Source: Bacteroidota bacterium | GTDB lineage: Bacteria > Bacteroidota > Bacteroidia > Chitinophagales > Saprospiraceae | Length of the DNA: 64,000 bases | Assembly (NCBI GenBank): GCA_029567325.1 | Contig: JAKQLF010000055.1 | Location: 1,581 to 65,580, forward strand | Reading direction: 5' to 3' | In this document: positions 30,113 to 39,711 of the stretch, piece after piece | Position numbering within the stretch: the stretch's first letter is position 1 | Layout of the letters: each line of letters opens with the position of its first letter | Program-made: the position numbers and the translations under genes | Notes under the pieces: generated by a model | Told to the model about the DNA's origin: nothing | Seen by the model: the letters and a program-made list of their open reading frames with translations, nothing else | Databases searched by the model: none

Positions 30113-30140
30113 GATCTGCGTTTTATAGATTATATTATAT

Positions 30141-30179
30141 ACAGGCGTCTGTGGTAATCAATTCCCAGACGCCTGTTTT
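30141..30179 (+). terminator. Intrinsic terminator
   Basis: ACAGGCGTCTG...CAGACGCCTGTTTT. Confidence 0.8.
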
Positions 30180-30243
30180 ATATAAATCACAACCAAAACC
30201 CCATTGTTCTGTTGATCCTTTTATCAAAGCAATACATAAATCA

Positions 30244-31107
30244 TTGAAAAACTACCTCAGTCTCATAAAATTCTCTCACACCATTTTTGCTTTGCCATTT
30301 GCTTTGGTCGGCTTTTTTTTGGCTAGTCATCACGTAGATGCTGTTTTTTCATGGCAAAAATTGCTGTTGGTTATTTTATGTATGGTATTTGCAAGGACAG
30401 CAGCGATGGCATTCAACAGATGGCAAGACAGAGACATCGATGCATTAAATCCCAGAACAAAAATCAGAGAAATTCCAGCAGGCATTTTGAGTTCAAATAA
30501 AGTACTCATTTTTGTCATCATCAATTGTTGTCTATTTATAGCCACCACCTATTTCATCAATCCATTGTGTTTTTACCTTAGCCCCATTGCCCTATTGATA
30601 GTTTTGGGATACAGTTTCACAAAGAGATTTACATTTTTGTGTCACCTCATTTTGGGTATGGGATTAGCATTAGCACCAGTTGGAGCATACCTTGCAGTGA
30701 CAGGTAGTTTTGATTTGCTTCCAATCATCTATGGATTTGCCGTATTATTTTGGACGGCTGGTTTTGACATCATTTATGCATTGCAAGACGAAGAATTTGA
30801 TAAAGAAAATCAATTACAATCTATTCCTGTATTATTTGGAAAGGACAAAGCTTTGATGCTGTCCAATATCTTACACCTCATTTCTGGTACTTTAATGATT
30901 GTAGCTGGATTTGTAGCGGCGCGAGATTATATGGCTTTGCACTTTTTACATTTTGTTGGCTTGGCCATATTTATTTCACTTTTGATCTATCAACACACCT
31001 TAGTAAAAGCCAATGACCTTTCTAAAGTCAATTTGGCGTTTTTCACTACCAATGGCCTTGCAAGTTTGGTTTTTGGAAGCCTTTTTATTTTGGATTTTTA
31101 CATTTAA
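30244..31107 (+). CDS. UbiA family polyprenyltransferase
   Basis: IKFSHTIFALPF, NRWQDRDIDALNPRT, YSFTKRF, FDIIYALQD; TTG 30244 is the likely start, downstream of the terminator. Confidence 0.9.
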   Translation: MKNYLSLIKFSHTIFALPFALVGFFLASHHVDAVFSWQKLLLVILCMVFARTAAMAFNRWQDRDIDALNPRTKIREIPAGILSSNKVLIFVIINCCLFIATTYFINPLCFYLSPIALLIVLGYSFTKRFTFLCHLILGMGLALAPVGAYLAVTGSFDLLPIIYGFAVLFWTAGFDIIYALQDEEFDKENQLQSIPVLFGKDKALMLSNILHLISGTLMIVAGFVAARDYMALHFLHFVGLAIFISLLIYQHTLVKANDLSKVNLAFFTTNGLASLVFGSLFILDFYI

Positions 31108-31170
31108 TTAATTGTTTGATAAAAACATTTTTCGCTTCACTGCTCTTTAAAGAGTGGCAAAAATAAAGGC

Positions 31171-32766
31171 ATGCAAATAGAAAGAATAAGTTTTGATAAA
31201 ATCCCACAGTTTTCAAATAGAGACAGACAATATCAAACCAATCCGGAAACCTTTTGTGATTTTATAAAATATATGCCGACTGAGGAGGGTTTGATGCAAG
31301 CTGCCAGAGAAAGAAAATCGTTTGCAACCGATCGTAGTTTGCTAGTTTCAGTACTGGAAGAACATTACAAGTCTTTCAAAATTGAAGATCTGCAAAAAGA
31401 AAATCTATTGGCACTTGCAGATGAAAATACCTTTACCATTATTACCGCTCACCAGCCTTGCTTGTTTACCGGACCACTTTATTATGTGACTAAATTGTTT
31501 TCAGCAGTAAATCTTGCTAAAAGGCTCAATAATAATAACGAAGGATTTAAGTTTGTTCCTGTTTTCATCAACGGTAGTGAAGACCATGACTTTGAGGAAG
31601 TTGCTTCTTTAAATATATACAACAAGTCGGTTTCGTGGCATACAGAACAAACCGGTCCAGTTGGAAGAATGGAACTCGATGGTTTGGAAAAGGCTCTTGA
31701 GGATCTGGTAGATGTAATGGGAACCGGAGAAACGGCCACAACCATCAAAGAAAAAATCAAGGCTTGTCTGTATACTTGCAATAACTACAATGACTTTGTA
31801 TTCAAATTTGTCAATGTTTTTTTTGGTTACACTGGAATTCTGGTCTTAACGATGGATGATGCTGCTTTAAAAAAGGCTTTCATTCCCATTATGAAAAAAG
31901 AAATACTCGAGGAGGCAAGTTTGGAATCAGTACAAAATACACAATCAAAAATTGAAGAGTTATTAGGATATAAAGCTCAGGCGTTTGCCCGGCCGATCAA
32001 TCTTTTTTATCTCTCAGATGGCAATAGAGGGCGCATAGAACGTGATGGAGAAGGATTTACAATTACTGATACCAACAAGCGTTTTACCAAAGAAGAATTG
32101 ATGGCAGAATTAGAAGCTCATCCCGAAAGCTTCAGTCCAAATGTGGTACTCAGACCTTTGTTTCAGGAGTTTATTTTACCAAATGTTGCCTACGTTGGCG
32201 GTGGTGGTGAATTGGCATATTGGATGGAAAGAAAACAACAGTTTGAGGATTTTGGCATCTTCTTCCCTACCCTCATTCGCAGAAACTCGTTGATGATTAT
32301 TTCTAAAAGTCAAAATCAAATGCTTGGCAAAGTTGGGTTTAAGGTCGACGAGATTTTTGCACTTGAAGATGATCTGATCAGAACATATTTAGAGCGAAAG
32401 TCACATGGAGAACTTGATTTAAGTGTAGAAAATGAGCAGATTTCCAAAATCATGGACGCCATTTCAGAAAAAGCAGAAGCCATAGATCCCACTTTAAAGA
32501 ATGCGGTTTTGGCGGAAGCAAATAAAATAGGAAAACAGGTTGAGCAGATAGAATCAAGAATCAGAAGAAGTCTCAAACAACAAGAAGAGACACAAGTGAA
32601 TCAAATCAAAACCCTAAAGTCCAAATTATTTGCCGGAAATGGCTTGCAGGAAAGGACTGACAATTTCTTTCAATTTTATCTTTCAATGGGTGAAAAGTTG
32701 ACAGAACAATTTGAATCCTTACTGGATCCATTGGATAAGGAATTTTTGGTTTTGGTGGACGAATAG
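31171..32766 (+). CDS. bshC: Bacillithiol biosynthesis cysteine-adding enzyme
   Basis: TAHQ..FTGPLY, SEDHDFEE, SPNVVLRP, GGGELAYW, LQER. Confidence 0.93.
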   Translation: MQIERISFDKIPQFSNRDRQYQTNPETFCDFIKYMPTEEGLMQAARERKSFATDRSLLVSVLEEHYKSFKIEDLQKENLLALADENTFTIITAHQPCLFTGPLYYVTKLFSAVNLAKRLNNNNEGFKFVPVFINGSEDHDFEEVASLNIYNKSVSWHTEQTGPVGRMELDGLEKALEDLVDVMGTGETATTIKEKIKACLYTCNNYNDFVFKFVNVFFGYTGILVLTMDDAALKKAFIPIMKKEILEEASLESVQNTQSKIEELLGYKAQAFARPINLFYLSDGNRGRIERDGEGFTITDTNKRFTKEELMAELEAHPESFSPNVVLRPLFQEFILPNVAYVGGGGELAYWMERKQQFEDFGIFFPTLIRRNSLMIISKSQNQMLGKVGFKVDEIFALEDDLIRTYLERKSHGELDLSVENEQISKIMDAISEKAEAIDPTLKNAVLAEANKIGKQVEQIESRIRRSLKQQEETQVNQIKTLKSKLFAGNGLQERTDNFFQFYLSMGEKLTEQFESLLDPLDKEFLVLVDE

Positions 32767-32781
32767 AAAAGGAGAATACTT

Positions 32782-33414
32782 CTACTTTACTATCCTCTTT
32801 CCATGATAAACGCTCGCCCCGATCAATTCATGTATCTCATGCAAATTAATTGAAGTGATTTTCCCAGCTGCAATGATGTCAATATCATCGCCAGCAACAC
32901 TGATCATGTTTTTGATTACTTCTGCCCCTTCAATTGCTGTTGTAGCACCACCAGATGTCAAAATCTCATTAAGATTAGGAATTTCTTTTGCTAAAACAAC
33001 GTCCTCAATAATATTTTCTGAGAGGTCAATGGCTTTGTGCAGACAAACCTTATGAGGAAAAACAAACTCACAAAACGCTTTTACAATATTGAAATCAATT
33101 CTTTGGTTTGAAAGCGCTCCGAAAACAAAATTTTGCACTCCAATTTCCAAAAAAGCCTTTGCTTGCGAAAGCATGGTTTCAAACTCAGCTTGTTGATATT
33201 CAAAATTTCCTGGTCTACATCTGATCATCACCTTTATCAAGGTATTCGACTGTTCTAATAGTTTGTTTACATCTTCAATGGCTGGGGTAAGTCCATCATT
33301 TTCTAGATCGGCACAAAATTCGATTTGATCACAATCATTAAGCTTGGTCAAAGCCAGGCTGACATCATCAGTGCATAGTTCTACTTTGTACAAATTGGGC
33401 GACATATTAATCAA
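32782..33414 (-). CDS. cutC: CutC family protein
   Basis: GLTP, VMIRCRPGNF, HKAID, ILTSGG. Confidence 0.88.
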   Translation of the reverse strand: MINMSPNLYKVELCTDDVSLALTKLNDCDQIEFCADLENDGLTPAIEDVNKLLEQSNTLIKVMIRCRPGNFEYQQAEFETMLSQAKAFLEIGVQNFVFGALSNQRIDFNIVKAFCEFVFPHKVCLHKAIDLSENIIEDVVLAKEIPNLNEILTSGGATTAIEGAEVIKNMISVAGDDIDIIAAGKITSINLHEIHELIGASVYHGKRIVK

Positions 33415-33646
33415 ACTTAAAACTGAAATTTAGTTTAGATATAGCCTTAAAAGTAGGCATTTGAATTTTAAGAATCATTCAAAACAAATAAACCTTTGGA
33501 ATTTAAATTTAAAAAAATGTTCCATTTCACTCCAAAAAAAGATGAAAATGAAGCCCTTAACAAAACAATAATAATAAAAATAGTCGATATTTTTACTGAT
33601 TTTCAACGACTTACAAAGGTAGGTGAAAAATATTTTCTTTAAAATG

Positions 33647-33678
33647 CTTGCAAAATCAGTTTCCAAGACTTACTTTTG
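33647..33678 (+). promoter_or_regulatory. Promoter of the rplM operon
   Basis: CTTG-N20-TACTTTTG. Confidence 0.7.
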
Positions 33679-33727
33679 CAGCCGTTTTAAAAGATAAGCA
33701 TTTTTTTATTTAAAATCAATACAAGCT

Positions 33728-34171
33728 GTGAATACATTAAGTTATAAAACAGTATCTGCAAAAAAAGAAACCGTAGAGAGATCTTGGTTTGTAGTAGATG
33801 CAGAGGATCTGACAGTAGGAAGGTTATCAAGTAAGATAGCTACTACTTTGATGGGAAAACACAAACCATCATTTACATCTCACGTAGATACTGGTGATTA
33901 TGTCATCGTCATCAATGCAGAGAAAGTAAAATTTACTGGCAACAAATGGGCTGACAAAGAATATCAAAGGTATTCTGGTTACCCTGGTGGTCAAGTAAGA
34001 ACTGCTGCAATTGAAGTTTTGGCAAAAAAACCAACTGCAATCCTCGAAAGATCTGTAAGAGGTATGTTGCCTAAAACAAAATTGGGTGATGCTATGTACA
34101 GAAAATTATTTGTTTATGAAGGTCCAGAGCATCCACACGCTGCTCAACAACCACAACCATTCAAACTCTAA
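33728..34171 (+). CDS. rplM: 50S ribosomal protein L13
   Basis: GKHKP, DTGDYV, GMLPK motifs. Confidence 0.98.
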   Translation: MNTLSYKTVSAKKETVERSWFVVDAEDLTVGRLSSKIATTLMGKHKPSFTSHVDTGDYVIVINAEKVKFTGNKWADKEYQRYSGYPGGQVRTAAIEVLAKKPTAILERSVRGMLPKTKLGDAMYRKLFVYEGPEHPHAAQQPQPFKL

Positions 34172-34176
34172 TAAGC

Positions 34177-34563
34177 ATGGAAATGATCAACGCCATAGGC
34201 AGAAGAAAAGCGGCAGTAGCCAGAGTATACCTTAAGAAAGGTGATGGTAAAATAACCATCAACGGTAAGGACTTAAAAGATTACTTCACAGTTGATGCAA
34301 TTAGTTCAAAAGTAATTGAACCAATTGAAATCATCGAAGAAGGCGCTCAATATGATATCAACGTCAATGTAAAGGGTGGTGGATACAAAGGTCAAGCAGA
34401 AGCAATCAGAATGGGAATTTCTAGAGCTTTTGTTGAAATCAATGCAGATTTCAAACCTTTGTTGAAAACTCAAAAACTCCTTACTAGAGATCCAAGAGAA
34501 GTAGAAAGGAAGAAATTTGGTAAACCAAAGGCAAGAAAGAGCTTCCAGTTCTCTAAGCGTTAA
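34177..34563 (+). CDS. rpsI: 30S ribosomal protein S9
   Basis: GRRKAAVARV...QFSKR. Confidence 0.98.
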   Translation: MEMINAIGRRKAAVARVYLKKGDGKITINGKDLKDYFTVDAISSKVIEPIEIIEEGAQYDINVNVKGGGYKGQAEAIRMGISRAFVEINADFKPLLKTQKLLTRDPREVERKKFGKPKARKSFQFSKR

Positions 34564-34593
34564 TTTATTTTTCATTTATCAAGAAAATTTGTC

Positions 34594-35328
34594 ATGAGCA
34601 CTATAACAAACAAACCTACATTTGAACAAATGCTTGAAGCAGGTGTCCACTATGGTCACATGAAGAGAAAGTGGAATCCTAAAATGCTTCCTTATATCTT
34701 CATGGAAAGAAAAGGTATCCACCTTATCGACTTGAACAGAACTGCAGAAGGTATGGAAAAATCAGCTTACGCATTGAAACAAATTGCGAAGTCTGGTAGA
34801 AAAATCCTTTTTGTAGCAACTAAAAAACAAGCCAAAGCCATCGTTGCGGAAGCAGCTAAAAGCGTAGGTATGCCTTATGTCACCGAGCGTTGGTTGGGTG
34901 GTATGATGACCAACTTTGCTACCATCAGAAGGTCAATCAAGAAAATGCAAAACATCGACAAGATGTTGAATGATACAACGTTGACTTCAATCACTAAGAA
35001 AGAAAGATTGACGTTGGATAGAGAAAGAATCAAGTTGGAAAGAGAATTGGGCGGTATCGCAAACCTCAATAGACTTCCTTCAGCTTTATTCATTGTTGAC
35101 ATCAGTCACGAACACATCGCTCTTGCAGAAGCAAAAAGATTGGGTTTGAAAACTTTTGGAATCGTTGATACCAACTCTGATCCAAACAAAGTTGATTTCG
35201 CAATACCTGCAAATGATGATGCATCAAAATCAATCAAAATCTTGGTTGATTACGTGGTTGCTGCTATCAACGAAGGTCTTGAGGAAAGAAAAACTCAGAC
35301 TACAGAAAATGCTGCAGTAGCAGAATAA
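34594..35328 (+). CDS. rpsB: 30S ribosomal protein S2
   Basis: AGVHYGH, RWLGGMMTN, DTNSDP, PANDD. Confidence 0.98.
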   Translation: MSTITNKPTFEQMLEAGVHYGHMKRKWNPKMLPYIFMERKGIHLIDLNRTAEGMEKSAYALKQIAKSGRKILFVATKKQAKAIVAEAAKSVGMPYVTERWLGGMMTNFATIRRSIKKMQNIDKMLNDTTLTSITKKERLTLDRERIKLERELGGIANLNRLPSALFIVDISHEHIALAEAKRLGLKTFGIVDTNSDPNKVDFAIPANDDASKSIKILVDYVVAAINEGLEERKTQTTENAAVAE

Positions 35329-35363
35329 AATTAATTATTTAATTACTCAAATATATATTCATA

Positions 35364-36203
35364 ATGAGTGAAGTTGTAATTTCAGCATCAGACGTTAAAG
35401 CGTTAAGAGATCAAACTGGTGCTGGTATGATGGATTGTAAAAAAGCACTTACTGAAGCAGGTGGTGATTTTGAAAAAGCAATCGAAGTATTGAGAAAACA
35501 AGGTCAGAAACTTTCTTTGAAAAGAGCTGACAGAGAAGCTAAAGAAGGTGCAGTAATCGCATTGGTATCTGACGACAAAACCAAAGGTGTAGTTGTGAGA
35601 TTGAGTTGTGAAACTGACTTCGTGGCTAAAAATGATGATTTTGTTGCTTTCACTACAAAAATAGCTCAACTAGCATTGGAAAGTTTCCCTGCAGACAGAG
35701 AAGCTCTTGAAAGCGTTGCTTTTGATAGCACTATTTCTATCGGAGATAAAATTCTTGAGCAAGTTGGTGTGATTGGCGAAAAAGTAGAATTGGCGGATTA
35801 CCAAAAATTGGAAGCTGCTTATATTACTTCTTACATTCACATGGGTAATAAAGCTGGTGTGATTGTTGGTTTCAATAAAGCTGATGCATCTTTTGAAGAA
35901 GCAGGAAAAGATGTTGCAATGCAAATCGCAGCAATGAAGCCAGTTTCTGTTGATGAAAAAGGAGTTTCTTCAGACATCATCGAAAAAGAAATTGAAATCG
36001 GAAAGGAACTTGCAAGACAAGAAGGTAAACCTGAAGATATGTTGGAAAAAATTGCTCAAGGCAAGTTGGCCAAATTCTTCAAGGAAATGACCTTACTTCC
36101 ACAAGCTTTCGTAAAAGACAACAAAAAATCTGTTGCTGAGTACCTTAAGACTTTTGATAAGGAACTTACCGTTACGGATTTCAAACACGTAAAGTTAGGA
36201 TAA
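35364..36203 (+). CDS. tsf: Elongation factor Ts
   Basis: TGAGMMDCKKAL, ETDFVA. Confidence 0.98.
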   Translation: MSEVVISASDVKALRDQTGAGMMDCKKALTEAGGDFEKAIEVLRKQGQKLSLKRADREAKEGAVIALVSDDKTKGVVVRLSCETDFVAKNDDFVAFTTKIAQLALESFPADREALESVAFDSTISIGDKILEQVGVIGEKVELADYQKLEAAYITSYIHMGNKAGVIVGFNKADASFEEAGKDVAMQIAAMKPVSVDEKGVSSDIIEKEIEIGKELARQEGKPEDMLEKIAQGKLAKFFKEMTLLPQAFVKDNKKSVAEYLKTFDKELTVTDFKHVKLG

Positions 36204-36212
36204 AATTATTTT

Positions 36213-36247
36213 AAAGGCGTCTCGTTTAAACGGGACGCCTTTTTTTT
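36213..36247 (+). terminator. Intrinsic terminator
   Basis: AAAGGCGTCTCGTTT-AAACGGGACGCCTTTTTTTT. Confidence 0.88.
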
Positions 36248-36316
36248 GTCTTTTTATTAATTTTGCCCCAGAATTTGATTAACACAATCCTCATTGATTA
36301 AAAACTTACTGTTTTT

Positions 36317-37030
36317 ATGTCCATAAAATACAAAAGAGTACTTCTGAAACTGAGTGGAGAATCTCTCATGGGAAACAAAGGCTATGGAATTGATTCCGAA
36401 ATGTTGCACCATTATGCTTTACAAATTAAAACACTGTCTGATTTAGGTGTTGAAATTGCTATTGTGATTGGTGGCGGTAATATTTTCAGAGGATTGAGCG
36501 CCGAGAAATCAGGTATCGAAAGAGTACAAGGTGATTATATGGGCATGTTGGCTACGGTGATCAATGGCATGGCTTTGCAAAGTGCTATTGAAAAAACTGG
36601 TTTGTACACTCGTTTGATTTCCGCTATAGAAATGAGACAGATTGCAGAGCCTTACATCAGACGTAGAGCCATCAGACACTTAGAGAAAAAGCGCATTCTT
36701 ATTTTCTCAGCAGGTACAGGAAATCCTTATTTTACAACAGATAGTGCAGCAGCACTGAGAGCCATTGAAATAAACGCAGAAGTGATTTTGAAAGGCACTC
36801 GAGTAGACGGTATCTATTCCGCTGATCCAGAAAAAGACCCAAGCGCTGTCAAGTATGACAAAATATCATTCATTGATGTGATCAGAAAAGGTCTCAATGT
36901 GATGGATATGACGGCATTTACCATGTGTCAGGAAAACAATATACCCATCATTGTATTTGACATTGCCAAACCAGACAATCTACCCAATATCATCCAAGGA
37001 GCGGAAATTGGTACCCTGGTTCAGAGGTAA
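36317..37030 (+). CDS. pyrH: UMP kinase
   Basis: [23 protein letters not shown]. Confidence 0.98.
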   Translation: MSIKYKRVLLKLSGESLMGNKGYGIDSEMLHHYALQIKTLSDLGVEIAIVIGGGNIFRGLSAEKSGIERVQGDYMGMLATVINGMALQSAIEKTGLYTRLISAIEMRQIAEPYIRRRAIRHLEKKRILIFSAGTGNPYFTTDSAAALRAIEINAEVILKGTRVDGIYSADPEKDPSAVKYDKISFIDVIRKGLNVMDMTAFTMCQENNIPIIVFDIAKPDNLPNIIQGAEIGTLVQR

Positions 37031-37099
37031 TGTTATAAAAATTGTAAGATTTAGTTCAAATGTGGGAAGTCATAAAACATCCATGACATCACTACAACT

Positions 37100-38176
37100 T
37101 CAGAATGCTTCCTTTACAGTAGCATAAAAGTTGCCACCCTCACTTGTAATAGCATAATCCAACCTCAAGTTGATCAAATCTCTGGTATTGAGTAAAAATC
37201 TCAAACCCAAACCACCTCCTTGTTTAAATCGTCCTGACAATAGGTTTTCAAGCTTACTGTTCAAAGTCCCAATTCCATAGAAAGCTGCGCCGCTCAATCT
37301 TTTATAAATCGGATACCTATATTCAGTTTGGAATAATATCAAATTGTTGTCCTGAAATCTTCTGTCATTAAATCCACGCAATTTGGTGCCGCTACTGAGG
37401 AAATACTGCTGAAAGAATGGAATTTCATTGAATGACAAACCCATATAAATATTACTTGCAATGATGTGTTTTTTTGCAACACTGGTATAGTTTCTGAAGT
37501 CTACCTCCATTTTTTGATACCGATAGGTTGCGCCCGTTATGGCAGAACTTACTTCTGTTTTTATATTTAGAAAATTACCCTTACTTGGATAAATTAGCTG
37601 ATCCCTGCCATCGTACAGTAACTCAGCTCCAATACTACTTACCACTCCCCCACTCGAACCACGCGCTTTGTCAACATTACTACCTGCGACAACATCATTG
37701 ATGTTATAATTGTCGAAGATGTATTGCCCGCCTAAATACCACTTGGAAGAGACTCTTCTCAATGCAGAAACAATCGCCCGTGGGAAATTTGCATTGTAAA
37801 TCTCCAAGTCTTCCTTTTTGCTTTTTACACCCTGTCCATAATAGTTGAAATAATAATTGAAATATCCAATTTCGCCAAAAAGTCGGGTTTTATCTTGATC
37901 AAAATAAACTTCATAAGGTAAAAATATGAGCAGTTGTTTCCTGAGTGTATATACCGCTGCAAACTGTATTTGACTCGGTTTTACTCCCTGCTGGCTCTTG
38001 AGTCTGAAAGAAGCGATTCCTGCTGCTCCAAATCCTAGTTTGGTTTCGGGTAGGTAAAAAACAACTGGGATGGCTGCATATTTGACTTTATTCCCCAAGG
38101 TGTCGCTGGTCGTATCCTGGGAAAATCCTTTAATAAGAAAAATACAAATGAAAAGTGAAAGTAGATAAATCCTCAT
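37100..38176 (-). CDS. BamA/TamA (Omp85-like) outer-membrane barrel protein
   Basis: PVVFYLPET, YDGRD..YPSKG, LRGF, GGLGLR, C-terminal EAF. Confidence 0.8.
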   Translation of the reverse strand: MRIYLLSLFICIFLIKGFSQDTTSDTLGNKVKYAAIPVVFYLPETKLGFGAAGIASFRLKSQQGVKPSQIQFAAVYTLRKQLLIFLPYEVYFDQDKTRLFGEIGYFNYYFNYYGQGVKSKKEDLEIYNANFPRAIVSALRRVSSKWYLGGQYIFDNYNINDVVAGSNVDKARGSSGGVVSSIGAELLYDGRDQLIYPSKGNFLNIKTEVSSAITGATYRYQKMEVDFRNYTSVAKKHIIASNIYMGLSFNEIPFFQQYFLSSGTKLRGFNDRRFQDNNLILFQTEYRYPIYKRLSGAAFYGIGTLNSKLENLLSGRFKQGGGLGLRFLLNTRDLINLRLDYAITSEGGNFYATVKEAF

Positions 38177-38417
38177 GCGATGTTTTGTCGTCGATTGATA
38201 AACGAAATAGGTTTGGTTTTGTTTATAGTGGATACGAAGTTGTGAAATAGTTCATTTCCATTTCAAAGATTATCATTATGAAACCTAATACTCAGGATTT
38301 ATTAGATATCTTTTAACTTTAATAGACAGGTTTTTACTAAATTTAGTTATTTTTATTATAATTGTATTTTATATTATTATAAAAAAAATTAGTTATAGTT
38401 TACTTTAAGAGGCCTAG

Positions 38418-38448
38418 AAAATGATTTTCATTGGTTGAAAATCATTTT
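38418..38448. promoter_or_regulatory. Perfect 13-bp inverted repeat upstream of the island operon
   Basis: AAAATGATTTTCA-TTGGT-TGAAAATCATTTT. Confidence 0.55.
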
Positions 38449-38512
38449 TTCAAGATTTTAGATAATAAATACGTAACAATCAAGTTACAAACTTATATTA
38501 TATCTTTACACT

Positions 38513-39166
38513 ATGTTGAATAAATACCTCGAAATTCAATCACTAAGCTTAGTTTTTATAGGTGAGTTCAATCCTATAATTATTACACCATCATGGTTGG
38601 CTTTAAAAAATCTAATTAGGGAGGAAGAATCAACTAATGCTAATGTAGATGTAATCCATAACGATTTAGTTCAATATGATTTAGATTGGGTGAGTCTTCG
38701 AATTACTAGAAAAAGATGCGAATTTAGAACAATAAAAACTCCATATTTTGACACGGTAAAAGATCTAGCCTCTTCTATTTTTCAAATATTAAAAGAGACT
38801 CCCATTCACTCAATTGGAATTAATCATATATTTGAGTTAAGGTTACCAGATGAAAAAATATATTATCAATTTGGTAACCAATTAACAAATCTTGAAATAT
38901 GGAAGGACGATCTTTCTGACGCTCGCCTAATGAATTTAGAAATAATTGAAACATCAAGAAAAGATTCATTACAAGGTAGGTATAGGGTTAGAATATCTTC
39001 TACGGGTGAAAGCAGTAAATATGGGGTAAGAATAGACATAAACGATCACCTAGATTTTGAAGGCGATTCAAGCTCTGCTGTAAAATTTTTATTATCTAAT
39101 TGGGAAAACTCTTTTGAACGATCGAGTAAAACCGTTTCAAATTTTATTGACAAAATGAACTTATGA
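38513..39166 (+). CDS. Hypothetical protein, TIGR04255-like
   Basis: LVFIGEFNP...PSWL, TPIHSIGIN and IDINDH pattern; AT-rich. Confidence 0.55.
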   Translation: MLNKYLEIQSLSLVFIGEFNPIIITPSWLALKNLIREEESTNANVDVIHNDLVQYDLDWVSLRITRKRCEFRTIKTPYFDTVKDLASSIFQILKETPIHSIGINHIFELRLPDEKIYYQFGNQLTNLEIWKDDLSDARLMNLEIIETSRKDSLQGRYRVRISSTGESSKYGVRIDINDHLDFEGDSSSAVKFLLSNWENSFERSSKTVSNFIDKMNL

Positions 39167-39711
39167 TGATTGAAACAGCTGATTTTCAACACTGGGTATT
39201 AGATAATGACTTAGAAAGCAATGGTTTTGACATCAATCAAGGCTTGGCAATCGAATCTTTTAATAGCCAAATTTTTAATTTATCTCTGTCTAAAAAGAAT
39301 GAAAATTTAAATGAGAACACTTTTGTTTCTATACCTGAAAAGGGGGAGATTAAATACCCATTTCTTTTTAAAGAAAGAAAACTATTGAATTATTATAAAA
39401 AAACTCAACATTGGATTGGAGTAGTAACTAAAATCGATAGTGAAAAGTTTTACGTAAATCTATATGACAAAAGTAATGATGATACATATGAAATTGCGGA
39501 ATTTGATTTTGATGAGGTTTCAAAATCTGATATGAATTTGGTTAAGTTAGGATCAATCTTTTACTATAGTTTAGGTTTCGCTTCTAATAACGGACAAATA
39601 AAAAAAGAGTCATTTCTTAGATTCAAAAGAAGTTATCCATTTAGTGACAATGACTTTGAAACAATTGAAAATAGAGCAGAAAAATTTGACCAAAGTATAA
39701 ATTGGGATTAA
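39163..39711 (+). CDS. Hypothetical protein with OB-fold-like C-terminal domain
   Basis: ATGA overlap with the upstream gene; WIGVVTKID...FYVNL...EFDFDEV...GSIFYYSLG. Confidence 0.65.
   Translation: MMIETADFQHWVLDNDLESNGFDINQGLAIESFNSQIFNLSLSKKNENLNENTFVSIPEKGEIKYPFLFKERKLLNYYKKTQHWIGVVTKIDSEKFYVNLYDKSNDDTYEIAEFDFDEVSKSDMNLVKLGSIFYYSLGFASNNGQIKKESFLRFKRSYPFSDNDFETIENRAEKFDQSINWD

Noticed and set aside
31171..32766. Bacillithiol gene in a Gram-negative genome
   Set aside because: bsh genes are already known to be widespread in Bacteroidota.
36317..37100. frr absent after pyrH
   Set aside because: Gene-order breaks here are common; frr is probably elsewhere in the genome.
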